Positions 35,985-49,348 of a stretch of DNA of 64,000 bases are shown here, one piece after another. The stretch comes from Octopus sinensis (Eukaryota). The stretch is from positions 2,542,001 through 2,606,000 of the forward strand of contig NC_042998.1 of assembly GCF_006345805.1 (NCBI RefSeq), read 5' to 3'. A model generated the notes under the pieces. It made no database searches and was not told the origin of the DNA. It saw only the letters and a list, made by a program, of their open reading frames with translations. The translations under genes were made by a program, and so were the position numbers. Each line of letters starts with the position of its first letter. Position 1 is the stretch's first letter.

Positions 35985-38900
35985 CATTTTGTCCACATGT
36001 TACTTTTATTTCCTTTATGTACAATAAACACACTCAGTTGTGTGTTTGAAGGGAAGATATATAAATATACATTACATATTCCTTAGATATATTCACATGT
36101 AGAAGTATCACATTCTACGGGTGCAGTTATAAATATCTCACATATATACATACTTTTATGTAAATATATATGCAATTTAGGTATCAACACATTCTTAACT
36201 ATATATGTACATTTATATAAACATATATATCAATACATATGTATATATGTATTATATATATATAAAATATTTAATAAAAAATATTCCAGTATTTCTTGTA
36301 AAAAGAAAAAAATGGATTGTGATGCAGTGATCCAATTTTAAAAACTAGTTTCTCAATCTTTGAAAAAAAAATCTGTCAGAGAAAGACAATGCCAGTTTGT
36401 TCAAAAGTGATTTTTCTATCAACAATTATAAAATTCTTAACCAAAACAAGTAGATGTTGGTTTAGTGGTAGGGGAGATAAGATTTTTTTTTTTATATTAC
36501 TAATTTTTTTGTTTTTTTTTTCTGGGATTTTTGTTTTTTATTTTTTTATTTTATCTTTTTTTTTTGTTGTTGTTTGCTTGATTATTTTATTAATTCAACC
36601 AAACATTCAGTTATCAAACTAAAGAAACCGAGATCGAAATAACAAACACATAGTTTGAGAATCAGAGACTCCGATGTTACTGGTGTAAAGATATTTGTCT
36701 CTCCTCTCTCTCTTCCCACACACCAACTGGCAATGATAAAAAACTGCATCAACATTTTTTTTTTTTTATATCTCTTGGGAAGGAAAATGGAAAAAGCAGC
36801 TTTTCCATTCTATATATGTACAAAATATACAACTTTGCTTGTCTTCCATTAGGTAGGAAATTATAATAAAATGTATGTATGTGTGGCTGTGTGTATGTAT
36901 ATCTGTATTACAATGCATATGTATATACACATACACGTTTAGATAGACTGTCATGAAATAAAGGAGAATAAAAACACAATAGAACCTGCAGTTTTAGAAT
37001 ATTGCCAAGAACAGATGACTATATTTTGTCCCTCTTAAAAACAGATAAGAATCGTTAATATAGTAACCAAGATTCCAAACCACCAAAATTACATCTCTCA
37101 TTTTAACTTAATATTGTTTTAGGATCCTTCAAGAGAGAATGCAAACGGATTGTCTACATGAAAAGAAGAAAATGGAAGGGATAGAAAGTTAAAACTGAAT
37201 GAGGTAATTCACTGAGCAGTTTTGGCCAATTCTACAATAGTCGGAGGATTATTGGTGTCGCAACTAGTATAAATATATACTGCAGTCTTTCAGCTGCTTT
37301 TATAATACTATTACACATCTATTTAAAGATATGTGTCTAAGTTGTGCAATATGGCTACTTAATACCAGAAATTAGAATTAGATTTTTATTCAACTAAAAT
37401 TACTCTACAGCTATTAAACTTAACACAGCGTGTTTTGTTTTCTCTGTTTTTTGGGGTTTTTTCAAAAATTATAATCAACAATATGCAGAAACTTCTCAGG
37501 TTTTATGGATTTGTTTATAGGTGAGTGTCATGGTAAAAGATATAGATATTTCAAATCCATAGATTGATCTAGAAATGTTGGCACTGGTAAAAAAAAAAAA
37601 ATTTTTTTTTAAAGTCATTGAGAAGCTTCTCCAAAGAAGTGATCTTTAAATGCAGAGAACTAATTATAGCTAAAATTTATTAATTAACAAAACAACCAGT
37701 TAACAATCTATGAATCAGTTCAGATACATGGACTATAAAAAATATTGAGTCTTTTATCAAATTTTCCATTTGAAATATTGAAAATTATTAAACAACTATT
37801 TTTTTCTTTTTTAGATCTAACCAGAAAATTTAACGTTTTCTGTAAAAGGTAACAAAGTTATTTTTTAAACCAATTGGTTTGATAACAATTGCTAACTCTC
37901 AAAGTGTAGCCTGTCTAATTAGTCTTCATGTAATGTCTTAATAAAAAGTAATAGCATGTAATAAAAATATACACCCTTTTAATGATATACAATTAATGCA
38001 TATATGTAATTTATTATGCATCGGTTTGTGTTGTTCTTTAAATACATGAATGAACGTGAATGTATATTAAGAAAATAAAAATTAATATACAAATAAATAA
38101 AGGATTGTCACTAAAAATTCACAAGCTAAAAAGTAACTTCTATAAAATATCAGCATTTTTATAATGAAAGTTAGCAGAAACTTAGTATCATCTAATGGCC
38201 CTTTTTTTCATTTACAGGACAGATTTAATTTAAAATATACATAAGCAGGTAAAAAAAACAAACAAAGTAACCAATCTGAGAAGGCTATTATAAGTATGGA
38301 AAGAAAAACAAAATTATATCTCCTTGTTCTATTGTTTACATTTTTACCCTAGTTTTCAAATGGGAATTGAAATTACATAAAAAAAAAAAAAATATTTTTA
38401 TTTTCTCCATTTTTTTTTAGTTAATCTTAAAAATTGAAACTATAGATGTCACTGGTGTTGCTTTAATTATTAGCGTAATTATTATTATTATTATTATTTT
38501 GTTTTCTATTAAAATATTGAGATATTAATAACTAGCACAATCACAGAATGCTACACTGTTAGTAGCTTTCTTACACTGAAACAATTCACCAAAGGATCTT
38601 TCACTAAACTGCTTAGTCTATACTTGCTCTTCCTTTTATATGCAGGGTGCCTCAAAACTGATTTCTATTGACTTAGCGGCCAATGGCCAGGTTTTGCAAA
38701 AGGAGAAGTACAGTGAAGTGACTCAGTAGCAGTATATTACTCATTACCATTCTCAAGAAGAATGAAATCCAAATAAGATTTTCTAGGATTAAAGTAAATA
38801 CTCTCAGGCATTTTTGGTTAGCACACTTACCATTTCCAGCTAAACACACTGCCCTATACTGTGCCTTGTCATTAGGCAACCATATTTTGAGGTACCCTCA

Positions 38901-39415
38901 TATACTAAAAGACATACACTCACTCATACACAAAAAGCAGTGAACTGTACAGTGCAGAACTTTTGCACTTCAGTTATAGAAGTGACATTTTTTTTTTTTC
39001 AAAAAAATTTTTTTTCTTTTTTGTAAAAGATCTGAAAGTCGTTGAATGAACGGCATTTTGCCTCGAAATTCTAAATTTCTTCTGTTTCCATATTTTTTTT
39101 TTCCTTTCATTAATTGTAATTTTCAGAACATATCACATGTGAATTCATCAAAAAAATCATATTGCTGCTACTGGTCTCTAATGATCGTTTCTAAATCTCT
39201 AGTGTTCAACTAGAGTTTTTGTATAAAATCCAACCAATTAGCAAAGTTAGATGACTGTCCCTCCAGTGGTGGTCATGTACGGCATCCATCACAATGTTAG
39301 CCAGTAGATTGGTTAAATTGCTGTGCTACTAGCTGGTGAAACAAGTCAGTAGAGAGTGGGTTCAATGGCGTATAAAAAACAATATTTTGCCCAGCAAAAT
39401 ATATCAGAAACAAAC
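35985..39415 (-). other. Probable terminal 3' UTR exon of the RhoGEF gene
   Basis: Strong acceptor CTAATGAATATTTTTTTTTTCTTTTTTTAG ending at 39416; ~3.4 kb without recognisable SINEs; AATAAA on minus at 36005-36010; 3' end uncertain. Confidence 0.55.
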
Positions 39416-39673
39416 CTAAAAAAGAAAAAAAAAATATTCATTAGATTTATAATTAAGTAAAACAACAAAAATGACATCAAATAAAGTCTTAAATACTTAT
39501 GGTATGCCAATCTGTAGCACCAGTTCTATGTAACTACAGTATTTGTTGATTATATAAACAGATGATTGCCTGCTTATTTCTCTACGATTGGCCAAATGAT
39601 GCAGACATCCCTGATGAGAACTCAATAAGGTTGGAAAGTGATTTTTTCTACTCTACAGAGAAATAGTTAAATT

Positions 39674-39721
39674 TGCCCTGTTTATATCTATCTACTGAAG
39701 TAGATAGATATAAACAGGGCA
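39674..39721. repeat. Perfect 23-bp hairpin
   Basis: TGCCCTGTTTATATCTATCTACT-GA-AGTAGATAGATATAAACAGGGCA. Confidence 0.9.
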
Positions 39722-39828
39722 TTCTACTATAGCTTGGGCTGATCAAAGCCTTGTGAGTAGATTTGGCAGATGGAAACTGAAAGAAGACCATCATATATTT
39801 GTGTGTGTGCATATATATATATATATCT

Positions 39829-40233
39829 TTTTTTTTTTTTACTTGTTTCAGTCATTTTAACTGCGGCCATGCTGGTGCACCGCCTTTAATCGAGCAACTC
39901 GACCCAAGGACTTATTCTTTGTAAGCCCAGTACTTATTCTATTGGTCTCTTTTGCCGAACCGCTAGGTGACGGGGACATAAACACACCAGCATCGGTTGT
40001 CAAGCAATGCTAGAGGGACAAACACAGACACACAAACATACACGCACATACATATATATATACATATATACGACGGGCTTCTTTCAGTTTCCGTCTACCA
40101 AATCCACTCACAAGGCTTTGGTCGGCCCGAGGCTATAGTAGAAGACACTTGCCCAAGGTGCCACACAGTGGGACTGAACCCGGAACCATGTGGTTGGTTA
40201 GCAAGCTACTTACCACACAGCCACTCCTGCGCC
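39829..40233 (-). mobile_element. SINE family B nested antisense inside an older family B copy (39722-40450)
   Basis: Full-length minus copy flanked by the two halves of a plus copy. Confidence 0.85.
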
Positions 40234-40682
40234 TATACATTTATATTTATGTGTGTGTGTTTACCCCACCTCCCCGTTTAATAAACAGCATTGGGGCATT
40301 TGCATCCCCATAACTCACCAGTTCAGCAAAAGCAACTGACAGAATAAGTACAGGTTTAAAAAATAAGTACAGGGGTCGATTCAACCAACTAAAAATTCCA
40401 GGTGGTGCCTTAGCATGGCCTCAGTCTAATGACTGAAACCAGTAAAAGATTAAAGGTATATCATCATCATCATTTAACATCCATTTCTATTGCTGGCATG
40501 GGTTGGATGGTTTGACTGAAAACTGGTAAGCTGAGAAGCTACACCAGGTTCCTATCTGATTTGGCATGGCTTCTATGGCTGGATGCCCTTCTAAATGCCA
40601 ACCACTCCAAGAGTGCAATAGGTGTTTTTTTACATGCCAGTTACATAACACTGGTATAGATCTCACTTGATTTGACAAGTCA

Positions 40683-40733
<51 letters not shown>

Positions 40734-40738
40734 CATAT

Positions 40739-40980
40739 ACCGGAGTAAACACACAAATGTGAAACAAGGTGGAAAAAAGAGTACTCAAATACCAGGGGTA
40801 GAGTAATATGGTTTATTTAAAAGCAGCAGAAATTCAACAAAACCTGTTACTCGGAGTTTCACGTTCCCGTTCGTCGGACAGTTTTGTTAAAAAAAAAAAC
40901 AAAAAAAAACTGTCCAACGAACGGGAACGTGAAACTCCGAGTAACAGGTTTTGTTGAATTTCTGCTACTTTTAAATAAAG
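40739..40980. mobile_element. Fold-back Penelope-like fragment with two minimal hammerhead variants (minus 40843-40881; plus 40910-40948)
   Basis: CUGU CCGACGA ACG GGAA CGU GAAA CUC C GAG UA ACAG; inverted arms 40812-40885 / 40906-40979; flanked by (TA)n. Confidence 0.7.
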
Positions 40981-41552
40981 TACATACATATATATATATA
41001 TATATATATAGAATGGTGAGTCTCAAAGCTAATATAACTATAAATAGCAGCATGTCCATATTGGTTTCAAAACCACTTTTGGATAGAAACATTTGAAGGC
41101 TGCCTGTGGAGCTCAAACCCACATCTCCTGTAAGAATAACAGGCATTTTTACCATTGAGCCAAAGTAATTATTCAAATTTCTCTATTTTAGAAACATTAT
41201 TCGTACCAGTGTGGGTAGCCTTAGACTTTTTCTGTACAAATATTTACAAACTATTACTTATAGCTTTACCTGCTTCAGGATTCACCATTCCAAACAGAGA
41301 GAGAAAAAAAAAAACATTAAAGCTATTTATAAATATTCATAAACTAAAAGTGTAAATTTTAAAATTACTAACCACTAAAAACAAAACATTCAGTTTTAGG
41401 TATATAGTTATTAAAATAATTAAAATAAATTAAACCCTTTAGGCAACAATACGTGATGGAATCTGCAGGTACAAACCATTTCATCTGAACCTTTTTGATA
41501 GCAACCTGCCCGAGATCACCCCCAGTTCTTTAATATAAACCTCTAGCTTTAA

Positions 41553-41772
41553 CCCTTTAGTGTTTAAACCAGCTGTATCCGGCCCAAATATTCTACACAT
41601 TTTATGCTCAAACTGGCCAGAGCCAGCATCTCACACCTACCCAGCAATGTCATTCTAAAAATAAGCAATTACATCTTTCCTATCTTGAAGCTACAAAATA
41701 ATATCAGATAAATTTTTTTAAATGTAAATAAATAAGGATTGCTTTTGACAAATTAATCTGAATGCTAAAGGG
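41553..41772. mobile_element. piggyBac-like MITE
   Basis: TTAA|CCCTTTAG ... CTAAAGGG|TTAA; related degenerate copies at ~42065-42272 and ~50910-51040. Confidence 0.8.
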
Positions 41773-42507
41773 TTAATTAAGAATCTTAATTAAACCATCC
41801 ATCAAAATTTCATGCTGATTTATGTTTTAAATGCTAACTTAATAATAACAAAGTTATTTTACTAAATTCTTCATTATTTTCAAAAGGCTATGAATTTCCA
41901 CAGAAATAGAGTAACAAAACAGTTAAGTTATATAGATGGCAACTTGTCAATGCTGAGAATTTTTCCTAATAGTATTTGCTAGTTTTTGCCTGAGCACCAG
42001 GCTGGTTAACCCTGATCAAGTAAACATAGTTTACTCTGGGTTATACTTTCCAAGATGAATGGTTAAAAATTGAATTCAGGTTACTCTGTCGAATGCAATG
42101 CTCTATTCACATAGCTTTGAATAAATCATGCATTGCATTGTAGCTTCAAAGAGTATTTTTTTTTTTCAGCATGACATTGTAGGGTAGGTGTGAGAAGCAG
42201 GACCAGGCCAGTTTGAACAAAATAAGTAGCATATTTGGCCCAGATATGGCCAGTTTAAATGCTAAATAGTTAAGATAACTTGCAAATCAGGATTTGGTAA
42301 AGTTTGAATTATGACAATTGAAAGAAGAAAATATATAAAAATCTCAAATTAATTACACAATTTTTCAATTATACATAATAGGAGTTTTAATAAAAACAAA
42401 ATTAAAAAAAGAGAGGCAATTATATGAAATATAAAGTAAAATTGAAAATATCAGAGAAGGCTGGAAACTGAAATAAGACATATAAGAGGTACTGACCCCA
42501 AATGATA

Positions 42508-43134
42508 TCAAAAATAAATGATATCCGTTTCTGTGGGTTCGGACTTTGGTTGAACTGGTGCTGGATGATTTGTTGGTCGGTCTTTGTGCGCAGATCTGGA
42601 AGGCTCCGCGAGTTTCATCACCTGACTGAGACTGCTGGGGTCTTTCCCTGTGCTAAAAGAGGAACTTGACACCGAACGGCCGAGTCCCGTGCGGTGCTGT
42701 GACTGTGAGGCACCTTTAGAGTTTGGTAATGATGAAGACGAGTTATCGGCAAGCTTTAAAGGAAGGAACTGTTGCAATTTCTCTCCACTTCGTTGCTCAT
42801 TCGTCGCACTAAATAAGTGGGGAGCACATGTCTTATTGCCAGGAGCATTAACCAGATTACCACCAACAGAGGTTTTAGGCACTGGTTTGGATGAGTCTTT
42901 TAAGTCTTTATAATCCTCAGAAGACTGAGACACAAGCTCTGCTGAAGCAGAGCGTTTGTGTTGGATTGAACTACGGTAATTGTCACCATCAGACCCTGAT
43001 TGTTCAGGATTTTCGGTCCTGTCCAATTGTCTTCTTCCTTCGCTATCACTTCGACGTTCCATGAACAAATCAATCTGCTTTTGTAGAGCAATTTGTCCTC
43101 GGCGCAATTCCTCTTGCTGTAACTTCAGATCATC
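42508..43134 (-). CDS. Lbc-family RhoGEF (ARHGEF18/28/AKAP13-like), last coding exon
   Basis: Acceptor TTACTCTAG, 627 nt phase 0: DDLKLQQEELRRGQ...QQFLPLKLA...EPTETDIIYF*; coiled coil plus acidic-hydrophobic C-terminus like ARHGEF18/28. Confidence 0.85.
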   Translation of the reverse strand, partial: DDLKLQQEELRRGQIALQKQIDLFMERRSDSEGRRQLDRTENPEQSGSDGDNYRSSIQHKRSASAELVSQSSEDYKDLKDSSKPVPKTSVGGNLVNAPGNKTCAPHLFSATNEQRSGEKLQQFLPLKLADNSSSSLPNSKGASQSQHRTGLGRSVSSSSFSTGKDPSSLSQVMKLAEPSRSAHKDRPTNHPAPVQPKSEPTETDIIYF

Positions 43135-44124
43135 CTAGAGTAAAACAGAAACATAAAAAAAAGTGAATAAGATTCTTTAAAAAGATTTGGTCAGATTTTA
43201 AAATTGAAGATATGTATTTGTAGCAGACTTTCTAATATTCAACTAAAGTTCAACAAGTAATTTAGTAGAATCATTTAACAAACTCAACTAACATTCCAGA
43301 AAATCAAAACAGTTCAGTATGGTGATGATAATATGGAAAAGTGGATGTTAAATAATGATGATGACGCCGTCCATTGATGGTAAACATTAAGCAGCAATTC
43401 TCAAAGTGTTTCATCAAATATGACTCCCAAAATAACCAAGTCTAACCCAAGATATTTCCAGATTCGTTTATTCTGCTTCCATTGTGATGACCTTTCACTA
43501 CCAACCTTTGGTATATTTCACGTAGCAAATTTATTAGTCATTCATGCCGCCAGAGCAACCATCTCTCCTTCAAAGACCAATATTTTCTCTTGACTTTCAG
43601 TCAGCCTGTGTTCTAGCTTAATATTGAATACAGAAATCATAGAACAATCCTTGCACAGAGAAAAAACTTTCCATTCCCAAACAAAAACCCACAACAGCCA
43701 ATAGAGTTAGCCCTAAACTAAACCTACTTCATTCTCTTCAAACACAAACCATGTTATATACCTATATACAAAACTAATTATATCACCTAGGTAATTGAAC
43801 TTCACCACCATTTTCATACCATTTTAGCAGTCTATGGCTTCCAGTTTGGGGGGGAGGTCTCTCAATACACATCATCATCATCGTTTAACGTCCGTTCTCC
43901 ATGCTAGCATGGGTTGGACGGTTCGACCGGGGTCTGGGAAGCCAGGAGGCTGCACCAGGCTCCAGTCTGATCTGGCAGTGTTTCTACAACTGGATGCCCT
44001 TCCTAATGCCAACCACTCCGTGACTGTAGTGGGAGCTTTTTAGGTGCCAGGGGAGGCTGGCAACGGCCACAATCGGTTGGTGGCTTTTACGTGCTTTTTA
44101 TTCATTTAATAACATGTCTCTTAC

Positions 44125-44220
44125 CTTTTCTTTTTGAAGTTGCACAGAATCTCTCTCCTGATTTTCCCTATTTCGTTTCTTCTCCAGTTCAAATTCTTCA
44201 CGTTCTCGCATCAACTCTTC
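44125..44220 (-). CDS. RhoGEF exon (coiled coil)
   Basis: AG/GTAAG boundaries, 96 nt: EELMREREEFELEKKRNRENQERDSVQLQKEK. Confidence 0.85.
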
Positions 44221-44899
44221 CTACAAGTAGATATCAGTTTTGTTTCAGAAGTAAAAAAAAAATTTCAATAAGAGAATAAAATAATAACAACAACATTAAT
44301 AATAATGGTTTTAAATTTTGACCCAAGGTCAACAATTTTACAGGAGGGTTATACCTTAACCACCCCAACATTGTTCTTTAATTTCTAAACCCAATCTATC
44401 TTTCCTAAAACGTTAGCCACCTGGAATTCCGTACTTAGGAACAGTGGTTTGAATGCTGGATATTTTCGCACAGCTGATTGGACATTCCGTCTGTTTTGGC
44501 AACAGAGCTTTTTGACGTTGGAGGCAAACAAACACAAGGATGCTAAAGAATAAAGATATAGAGAGAGAGGAGTGAGAGTGGTGCGGAGAAACATTGCAAT
44601 TTGTAAAAATAATCCTGATTGACAAACAATTCTCCTCTTCTCTTTACCTCATACATGTAAAGGAAAATGTGCTTACATACATAAAGAAAGAGAAAGAGAA
44701 AAGGTGGAAGAAAAACATTGAAACATCCGAAACCAAAATAAATCCTTGTTGAATCAGCGACACCAAAGAGGTGGTGTCAAAACAGCCACATCACAGAACT
44801 AAATACTGCAGTTTATTTTGACTGCAATTTGCACTGATTTTGACATTGACATTGACTGAAGCAATTTTTCTGTAGTAACTCATAGTACCTGCAGTGAAA

Positions 44900-45230
44900 T
44901 CTATCCCATCCTTCCATCCTCAGGTACCGCTTCCATCGGTTCCTATCAGAACCAACCATCATCGCACTTTCCTGCTGGATTCCCAAGCATGACAACAGAC
45001 TTATGGATATCATCCAACCATTTCATTCTACCCTTGTCTCCAGCCAGTTGAGTTGAAGAATCTGTCTTATGATTCTTTCCTACAACATTCAAAGTATTCT
45101 GGTAGGCCATCTGCCAACTTTGTAACAAGAAACCCTTTTCCACACCTTCTCTTAAGAAATTAGGGTTCTTCTTTCCACAGAGAAGAACATTCTTGGGAGG
45201 TGGAGAGAATACTTTGCTGATCTCCTAAAT
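44900..45230 (-). mobile_element. Degraded non-LTR retrotransposon ORF remnant
   Basis: Fragments such as RIIRQIL and KWLDDIH resemble RTE-like C-termini. Confidence 0.4.
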
Positions 45231-45303
45231 CCAGTCACATCAAGATTTCAGTCCAATGACTGAAACATGTAAAATTATAATTAACACATAAAAATATAAT
45301 TAC

Positions 45304-45409
45304 CTTAAGGTTGCGCAAGCCCTCTAACTGGGAATGTTTGTTTATTTCTAATTTCTCAGCATTCATCTTACAAATTGTTTCTTTGGCTTCAGCCAACTGT
45401 ATTCTCAAA
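45304..45409 (-). CDS. RhoGEF exon
   Basis: TTTTTCAG/GTAATT boundaries, 106 nt: LRIQLAEAKETICKMNAEKLEINKHSQLEGLRNLK; phases fit neighbours. Confidence 0.85.
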
Positions 45410-45494
45410 CTGAAAAACAAATCAGACTGCCATTAGAAGGGCATAACTTACAAAACATCATTTAATATTGTTAGAAGTATTACTATTAGTAGAA

Positions 45495-45706
45495 GGCAGC
45501 AACCTGGCAGAACTGTTAGCATGCCAGGCGAAATGCTTAGCTGCATTTCATCTGCCTTTAGGTTCTGAGTTCAAATTCCACCAAGGTCGACTGTGCCTTT
45601 CATCCCTTCAGGGTTGGTAAATTAAGTACCAGCAAAACATTGGGGTCAATGTAATTGACTAGTCTCCTCTCCCAAAATTTCAAGCTTTGTGTTTTAGTAG
45701 AAAGAA
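45495..45706 (+). mobile_element. SINE family A, CpG-depleted intronic copy
   Basis: Matches family A with many CG to TG/CA changes. Confidence 0.8.
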
Positions 45707-46540
45707 TTATTATTATTAATAGTTATATATATATATATATATATATATATAACAGAAGTGTTAAGGTCACTACCCCTGGTAAGGAGGATTAGCCTACAAG
45801 AGTCTTGTGCCAGTGCCAGGTAAAAGCACCCAGCACACTCTGTAAAGTGGTTGGTATTAGGAAGGGCATCCAACCATAGAAACCACACGAAATTAGATTA
45901 GAGCTTGGTGCAGCTCCCTGGCTCACAAACTCTGGTCAAACTATCCAACCCATTCCAGCATGGTAAACAAAATGTTAAATGATGATGATATCAGTTATTC
46001 TTACTGAATGCAATTCATCAAATGCAAGTTGTATAGTTTTACAGGTGAAAACTGGTGACAGAAAAGGAATCTGCCACAAACCTGTCACACACAAATAGAG
46101 CTTCACACATGCACACGCACATATATTTTAAGTGCAGGTATGGCTAAGCAATTAAGAAGCTCACTCCCCAACCACATGGTTTTGGGGTCACCCACAACAT
46201 AGTACTTTGTGCAAGTGTCTTCCACTATAGCCTCAGGACAACCAAAGTCTTGTGAGTGAACCTTGGTAGGCAAAACCAAAAGTCCATCATGTGCATTTGT
46301 AGGTTTGAAAGTGATTGTGCCCCACCTAGACAGGTAGGGGAAACATTTTAACAAGATACACCTAAATGCTTGCAAATTGGTAGTTGAAGCATTTAGTATT
46401 AAACCCAAATTTAAGGAACTGCCTGATTTAATTGAAGTGTAAATGTACCATGTTATTTAGTCAGTTCTAAATTGCAAGAAAAAATTTAAAATATGCTAAA
46501 TAGAAAAATTAAAATTAAATTAAAGGAATTTGATACATAC

Positions 46541-46575
46541 TCTTCAATTGTAGTATTCTGTTGACTTGATAATTG
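46541..46575 (-). CDS. RhoGEF 35-nt small exon
   Basis: TTTTACAG/GTATGT boundaries: QLSSQQNTTIE(D); converts phase 0 to phase 2 as the flanking exons require. Confidence 0.8.
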
Positions 46576-47558
46576 CTGTAAAAGAAATAACATGAAGAAT
46601 ATGAATGTTTCATTCTTAATTAAACATAATTTCATTAATATGGAAATAATATTTGTTGGTAATAGCAGACAAATAAACCTTTGTTTGTGAATTACAGTTC
46701 AATATTTTAAATATTCTTAACAATGCTTAAAAATGAAATAATTTTTATTTAAATCAGAAATCATATAAATTCTTAAAGCAGAAACATTCAGAATGCAGGA
46801 AGTAAATTCTTCACAATCAAGTCAATTAACTGAAGACATACACATGATGTAGTTATAGCTACATTGGAATAACCAAACAGACCTGATATAGTAGTAGAAG
46901 CATAACCACTCAACACACGTGCATATACTGTGTTTAACACAAAACCAAACTACAAAACCAGATTGATTTCATTTGATAAATCAGATGCCAAAAACAACAA
47001 AATGAAAGAAGAGGAGGCCAGAATAAAATAAAGCTGATAATATGATGTTCTGCCATAAATAGAAATAAATACAAAATATCAGAGTACAATAAATAATCAC
47101 AGATTTAGTTCTGAAGACAGATTTATAAACTATACTTTTATAAACAGAGCGGATTTAGACATGTTCAAAGAGATTTTGAATAGCAACTTATCAATCAAGA
47201 AATCTTCTTTACTTTTATTTCAGAATTATAATACTTAAGTAGCATACTTGATATCCTGAATTAGCTTTGCTTGCTATCGACAACAGTGTTTCAATCTATA
47301 TAGTATATTCTATCAACATATTCCGTTTCTTTGTGGTATCAATCCAAGAACTAAGTGTATTAGAAATCATGATTGGATCATTTATGTCCATAGGTACAAG
47401 AATGGATGCATGGTAAAAAGTTTGCTTCCCAACTACATGGTTTTGGATTCAGTCCCACTGCATGGCACCTAAGGCAAGTGCCTTCTTTCTACTATAGCCT
47501 TAGGCCAACCAAAACCTTATAGGTAGATTGACACTGAAAAAAGCTTCTCATATATGTA

Positions 47559-47597
<39 letters not shown>

Positions 47598-48548
47598 TGT
47601 GTAAAATATTTTTTTCAGAATTAACAATCATTTTCCTAATTCCTAATTTACATACACTTTTATCCAGTGTACTCAGCCTTACTGTTGTCTCGGTGGCCAC
47701 CAAAATGATAGAAAAAAAGAACAAAGCCTTTTTTTCTCCCCAAACTTTACTCTTGTGAGTAATTTATAATCAAAAGCTGGAAGATGAGGGAGGTCAAACC
47801 ATCCTTTTAAACTAACAAAAATGTTCACAATCAAAGACAGACAGGGTTCAAGTAATTCCTCAAGATGTAAATAATGTGGCTTTTTAGATCATTTTTTAAA
47901 CTTCTTAGTCATATAAGTATACTAACTGCTTAGCAAATTTCACTTTTGCATTGGAAAATCAAGTTGAATTGTGTAGTTTCTCAGCATGATTTAAACATTT
48001 GACAAGCACTATTTGAACAGACTTATCATCACTACTGGTACTTAAACAGTCCAACAACACAGCATTTGAAAAAAAATTGATGTATTTTCAAACATATGCA
48101 AAATCATTTAGAACAAATTTAACTTCATGACATTTGCATGTTAAAAACATAATCTGAATTACTGCTTGACACAACATATATCATATACAAGTAAAGAGAA
48201 TGTCATCTTGAGAAGAAAAAAAAGGTGGGGAAATGAGAAAGAAAGACTGCTTTTTTTTTTTTGAATATTTTAAAATAAACTGAAAATATTTTAAGCCAAT
48301 CAAAAACATTCCTGAAGCTTTTTCAGATTTTGACCTTCAAATTTCATGTGAAGTTTTTTATGATGACATCAGTGATAATCCATAGGAAAACCATTTCTTT
48401 TGAAATTGTAATTTTTCTGAAGCATGTGCATACCCATCGCTGAGAGGGTGCATTGGATGGCACTGCCCCCCTCACTATTCAATGGTGCACCCTCATATTC
48501 AGTGAGGCACTTCTTTTGAAACTCCACTTTAGTATTATTACAAATTAA

Positions 48549-49154
48549 CCCTTTCGTTACCAACCCAGCTGAAACCAGCTCTGGCTCTATAGAACAAAGG
48601 TCTTGTTTTCATAAGTTTTGAATTAAAATCTTCCACCAAACCTTAGACACAATTTATGTTCCTAACACTAGCTTAATGACAACTAAGTTATTTTACTAAA
48701 TTCTTTGTTATATTTAAAGTAATTGAAAGAAACATCACCTCACCAACAACAACAACAACACTGAACACCTTTTTGATCTCCATGTGTCCAACACACGTGG
48801 ACATGCCTACAAAGTCAGAAAACAGCACAGCTCCCATGACTTTCGGAAACATTTTTTCACGCTCAGAGTTGCTGAAGCATGGAACAAACTGCCTGCGTCA
48901 GTTGTTGACTGCCATGACACTGCATCCTTTAAGGCCCTCATGCTTTCCGAAATCTGCCGAAACTACACCTGATTGTCCCCCTTCCATACTCATACACATA
49001 TGTGTATGTCATGACTCATGCACTGTTCTTTTCCTGAGGCTTGTACGTTACCCTATGTACTATACATACACTTTAGATGAGTTGTAGTGCACCTGAGCAC
49101 TGTACACAATGTTTTATTATTATTATTATTATTAGAAATACAGTAACAAAAAGG
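48549..49154. mobile_element. piggyBac-like MITE interrupted by a CR1 3' end
   Basis: TTAA|CCCTTTCGTTAC ... GTAACAAAAAGG|TTAA. Confidence 0.7.
48735..49133 (+). mobile_element. CR1-clade LINE 3' end
   Basis: TRGHAYKVRKQHSSHDFRKHFFTLRVAEAWNKLPASVV..TASFK then 3' UTR and (ATT)n tail. Confidence 0.9.
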
Positions 49155-49348
49155 TTAATGCCCACCCACAATATTCCGAAGCACCGACAGGAACCAAAGT
49201 CTGGCAATGGGCCTGAGTATGTGATTCTTGAAGTGATATAAAGTATACAGAAGATGAAGTTTTCAGAGAAAGCATCAATAAACTATATTCTTTGTAAGAC
49301 ACTTGTCAACTCATCTACTTGAGTGTTGCTTTCTGTTATTCTTTTCAT

